Origin: Hemiscyllium ocellatum
Lineage: Eukaryota
DNA length: 64,000 bases
Assembly: GCF_020745735.1 (NCBI RefSeq)
Contig: NC_083414.1
Span: forward strand, 60,208,013-60,272,012
Direction: 5' to 3'
Notes under the pieces: model-generated
What the model saw: only the letters and a program-made list of their open reading frames with translations
The model's database searches: none
Told to the model about the DNA's origin: nothing
Part shown: in pieces, positions 62,159-64,000 of the stretch
Layout: each line of letters opens with the position of its first letter
Numbering within the stretch: position 1 is the stretch's first letter
Made by a program: the position numbers and the translations under genes

Positions 62159-62596
62159 TAAAGCTCTTTGACTTTATACATAAACCTGTTCTCTCACTCA
62201 TTGTTTATCACTAGGCTACAGGCTTTCCTTGTCCTTAGATATATCTCATCTGAAGACCCTCTCTGATTCCCCAACACTCTGTCCACATTTTCCAGTGGCC
62301 ACCCATGTCTTGTTATTGTCCCATGCCATATACAGGCAGGCACTTGGACAAGCCTAGACATGAGCTTTCATTGACAGCTGACAAAAAGGAACACAAAGGA
62401 AATGAATACAGACAGCTGTTCACACCCCCAATGTGAACCAAAGACTGGCAACATAGCTTTGACAGTCACCAGTGATCTTCTGTACCCAGCTGGCAATGAC
62501 TGGATCTGGTGTCAATCAGACCCAGGCTGTCCTGTATCCAAGTCCAATGCAGCTGAGCTCTGTCATTCACAAGGAGACCTTGCTCCAGCCCAGTGC

Positions 62597-62799
62597 TGAA
62601 AATGTGTTGCTGGAAAAGCGCAGCAGGTCAGGCAGCATCCAAGGAACAGGAAATTCGACGTTTTGGGCATGAAACCTGATGAAGGGCTTATGCCCGAAAT
62701 GTCGAATTTCCTGTTCCTTGGATGCTGCCTGACCTGCTGCGCTTTTCCAGCAACACATTTTCAACTCTGATCTCCAGCATCTGCAGACCTCACTTTCTC
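62597..62799. mobile_element. Foldback Penelope family A mini-element, young, hammerhead core at 62676-62704 (+)
   Basis: About 75-bp near-perfect inverted arms (62595-62670 / 62690-62765); CTGATGAAGGGCTTATGCCCGAAATGTC; 14-bp TSD CTCCAGC(C/T)CAGTGC at 62583-62596 and 62800-62813; nearly identical to 16365-16490. Confidence 0.92.
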
Positions 62800-64000
62800 C
62801 TCCAGCTCAGTGCCCTCATCCTTCACCATGGACGACTGCTTCTTTTCCCCTAGTTGCTCAGCGCCATCACATTGTCTTGTTGCTTTCTCCAACTGAGCAA
62901 AGTACACTCTGTTCAAACTACACTGGAGGTCTCCGAGACTGTGTGCGAGCTATGGAGCTGTCCCTTCAGCAGCCCCTATCGTATTCTCCATTGTGGCCAT
63001 GGGGGTGGCAGTGTGTGCACCCACTTGATGAAGATGTCCCACCAGCTGAGGGACCAACACATCACCACAAAACGGAATGCCTGCTGCACTCTGACCCCTT
63101 TCCCATCCCAGACCCATCTCAACCATTCCACTTTCTGCTGCATTCATTACAGTTCGATTTCATACTTACATGACTTACAATGTATTGATGTTCCCCTTAA
63201 CCCACAGAACCCTTGGAAGTTCCACCAATGCCGGGCTGCTTTTGGCCAGCATTCATCCCCTTTGAGGTTATAGCAGCTAACTCCCCTGTCACTGAGGGGA
63301 CAGTGTTCACTGAGTTAGCATCAATGGCATGGTGGCAATCCTCCTTTGACCAACATTTGGGTGCCTAAGCACATTCACTCGACATGCACCACAGTGCGCA
63401 AAGGAATGATTGCAAATGAAATGTGGCTGGAATTTGCAAATGGCTGCTTCATGTATTTGCCTTTTAATGTCCTGGTGCCTGACTGAATGTGGAGCCCTGA
63501 CTTAAGCCCACCAAACTGACACTGACAACGCCCGACTTAGACCTTTCCCCAGCTGAATCATCAATTGCATTCCAGAGATCAGCAAATGAGGCAGAAAACC
63601 CTAGTACTGTTGACAGTGCTCACCATCAGGCCCCACCTGGTCACCAAATAACCTCACTCCAGCTCCAGAGCCTCCATGACCCCAACTACCCCAACAACCC
63701 ATTTCTACCTATGCACCCCATGTGGAGGCCCACCACATTGAACATCAGCACCCACTATGCTCCCTGCCCCAGACCCTGACATCAATCTTAATGATGCCCA
63801 CCCTTCTCTCTCTGCTGCACCTGTGGAGGCCACTGCCAATAGAGCTCTCTCTGTTAGCCGACTACTCCCTCCAATGCTTTCTCTTCATATACACCCCAAT
63901 GATCTTTGTGTTCCCTTGTCATCCTCCTATACCCACACCTCTCACCCTCTACTTTCCTCCCATGGCCTTAAAACTCTCACTAATGAGTAACAATCCTCCT

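Noticed and set aside
61400-63400. Further Harbinger transposase/Myb remnants (HTILERLLCI...)
   Set aside because: Similarity too faint to support by eye.

Overview
Repeat-dense, AT-rich, non-coding vertebrate DNA. It is almost certainly from an elasmobranch (shark/ray), because it carries many HE1-type V-SINEs and their partner HER1/CR1 LINEs. No host protein-coding gene or exon can be supported. The window is a layered transposon graveyard: over a dozen CR1 fragments, L2 and Rex1/Babar remnants, a decayed Gypsy pol, two inverted solo LTRs, several PIF/Harbinger fossils (transposase plus an intron-containing Myb/SANT gene), two Tigger-like MITEs, three or four SINE families, a 38-bp G-rich minisatellite and TG-rich low-complexity DNA. 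The only long open ORF (16431-18212, -) is a 5'-truncated Neptune-type Penelope-like element (RT + GIY-YIG). The most striking signal is about 14 loci carrying minimal type-I hammerhead ribozyme motifs (CUGANGA-stem II-GAAA-NUH) from three sequence families with compensatory stem changes. Many sit in discrete 90-220 bp units, often foldback (inverted-repeat) units centred on the ribozyme, flanked by 8-17 bp target-site duplications. These look like a population of ribozyme-carrying, Penelope-mobilised mini-retroelements. Boundaries of decayed repeats are approximate and were judged by eye; no database search was run.
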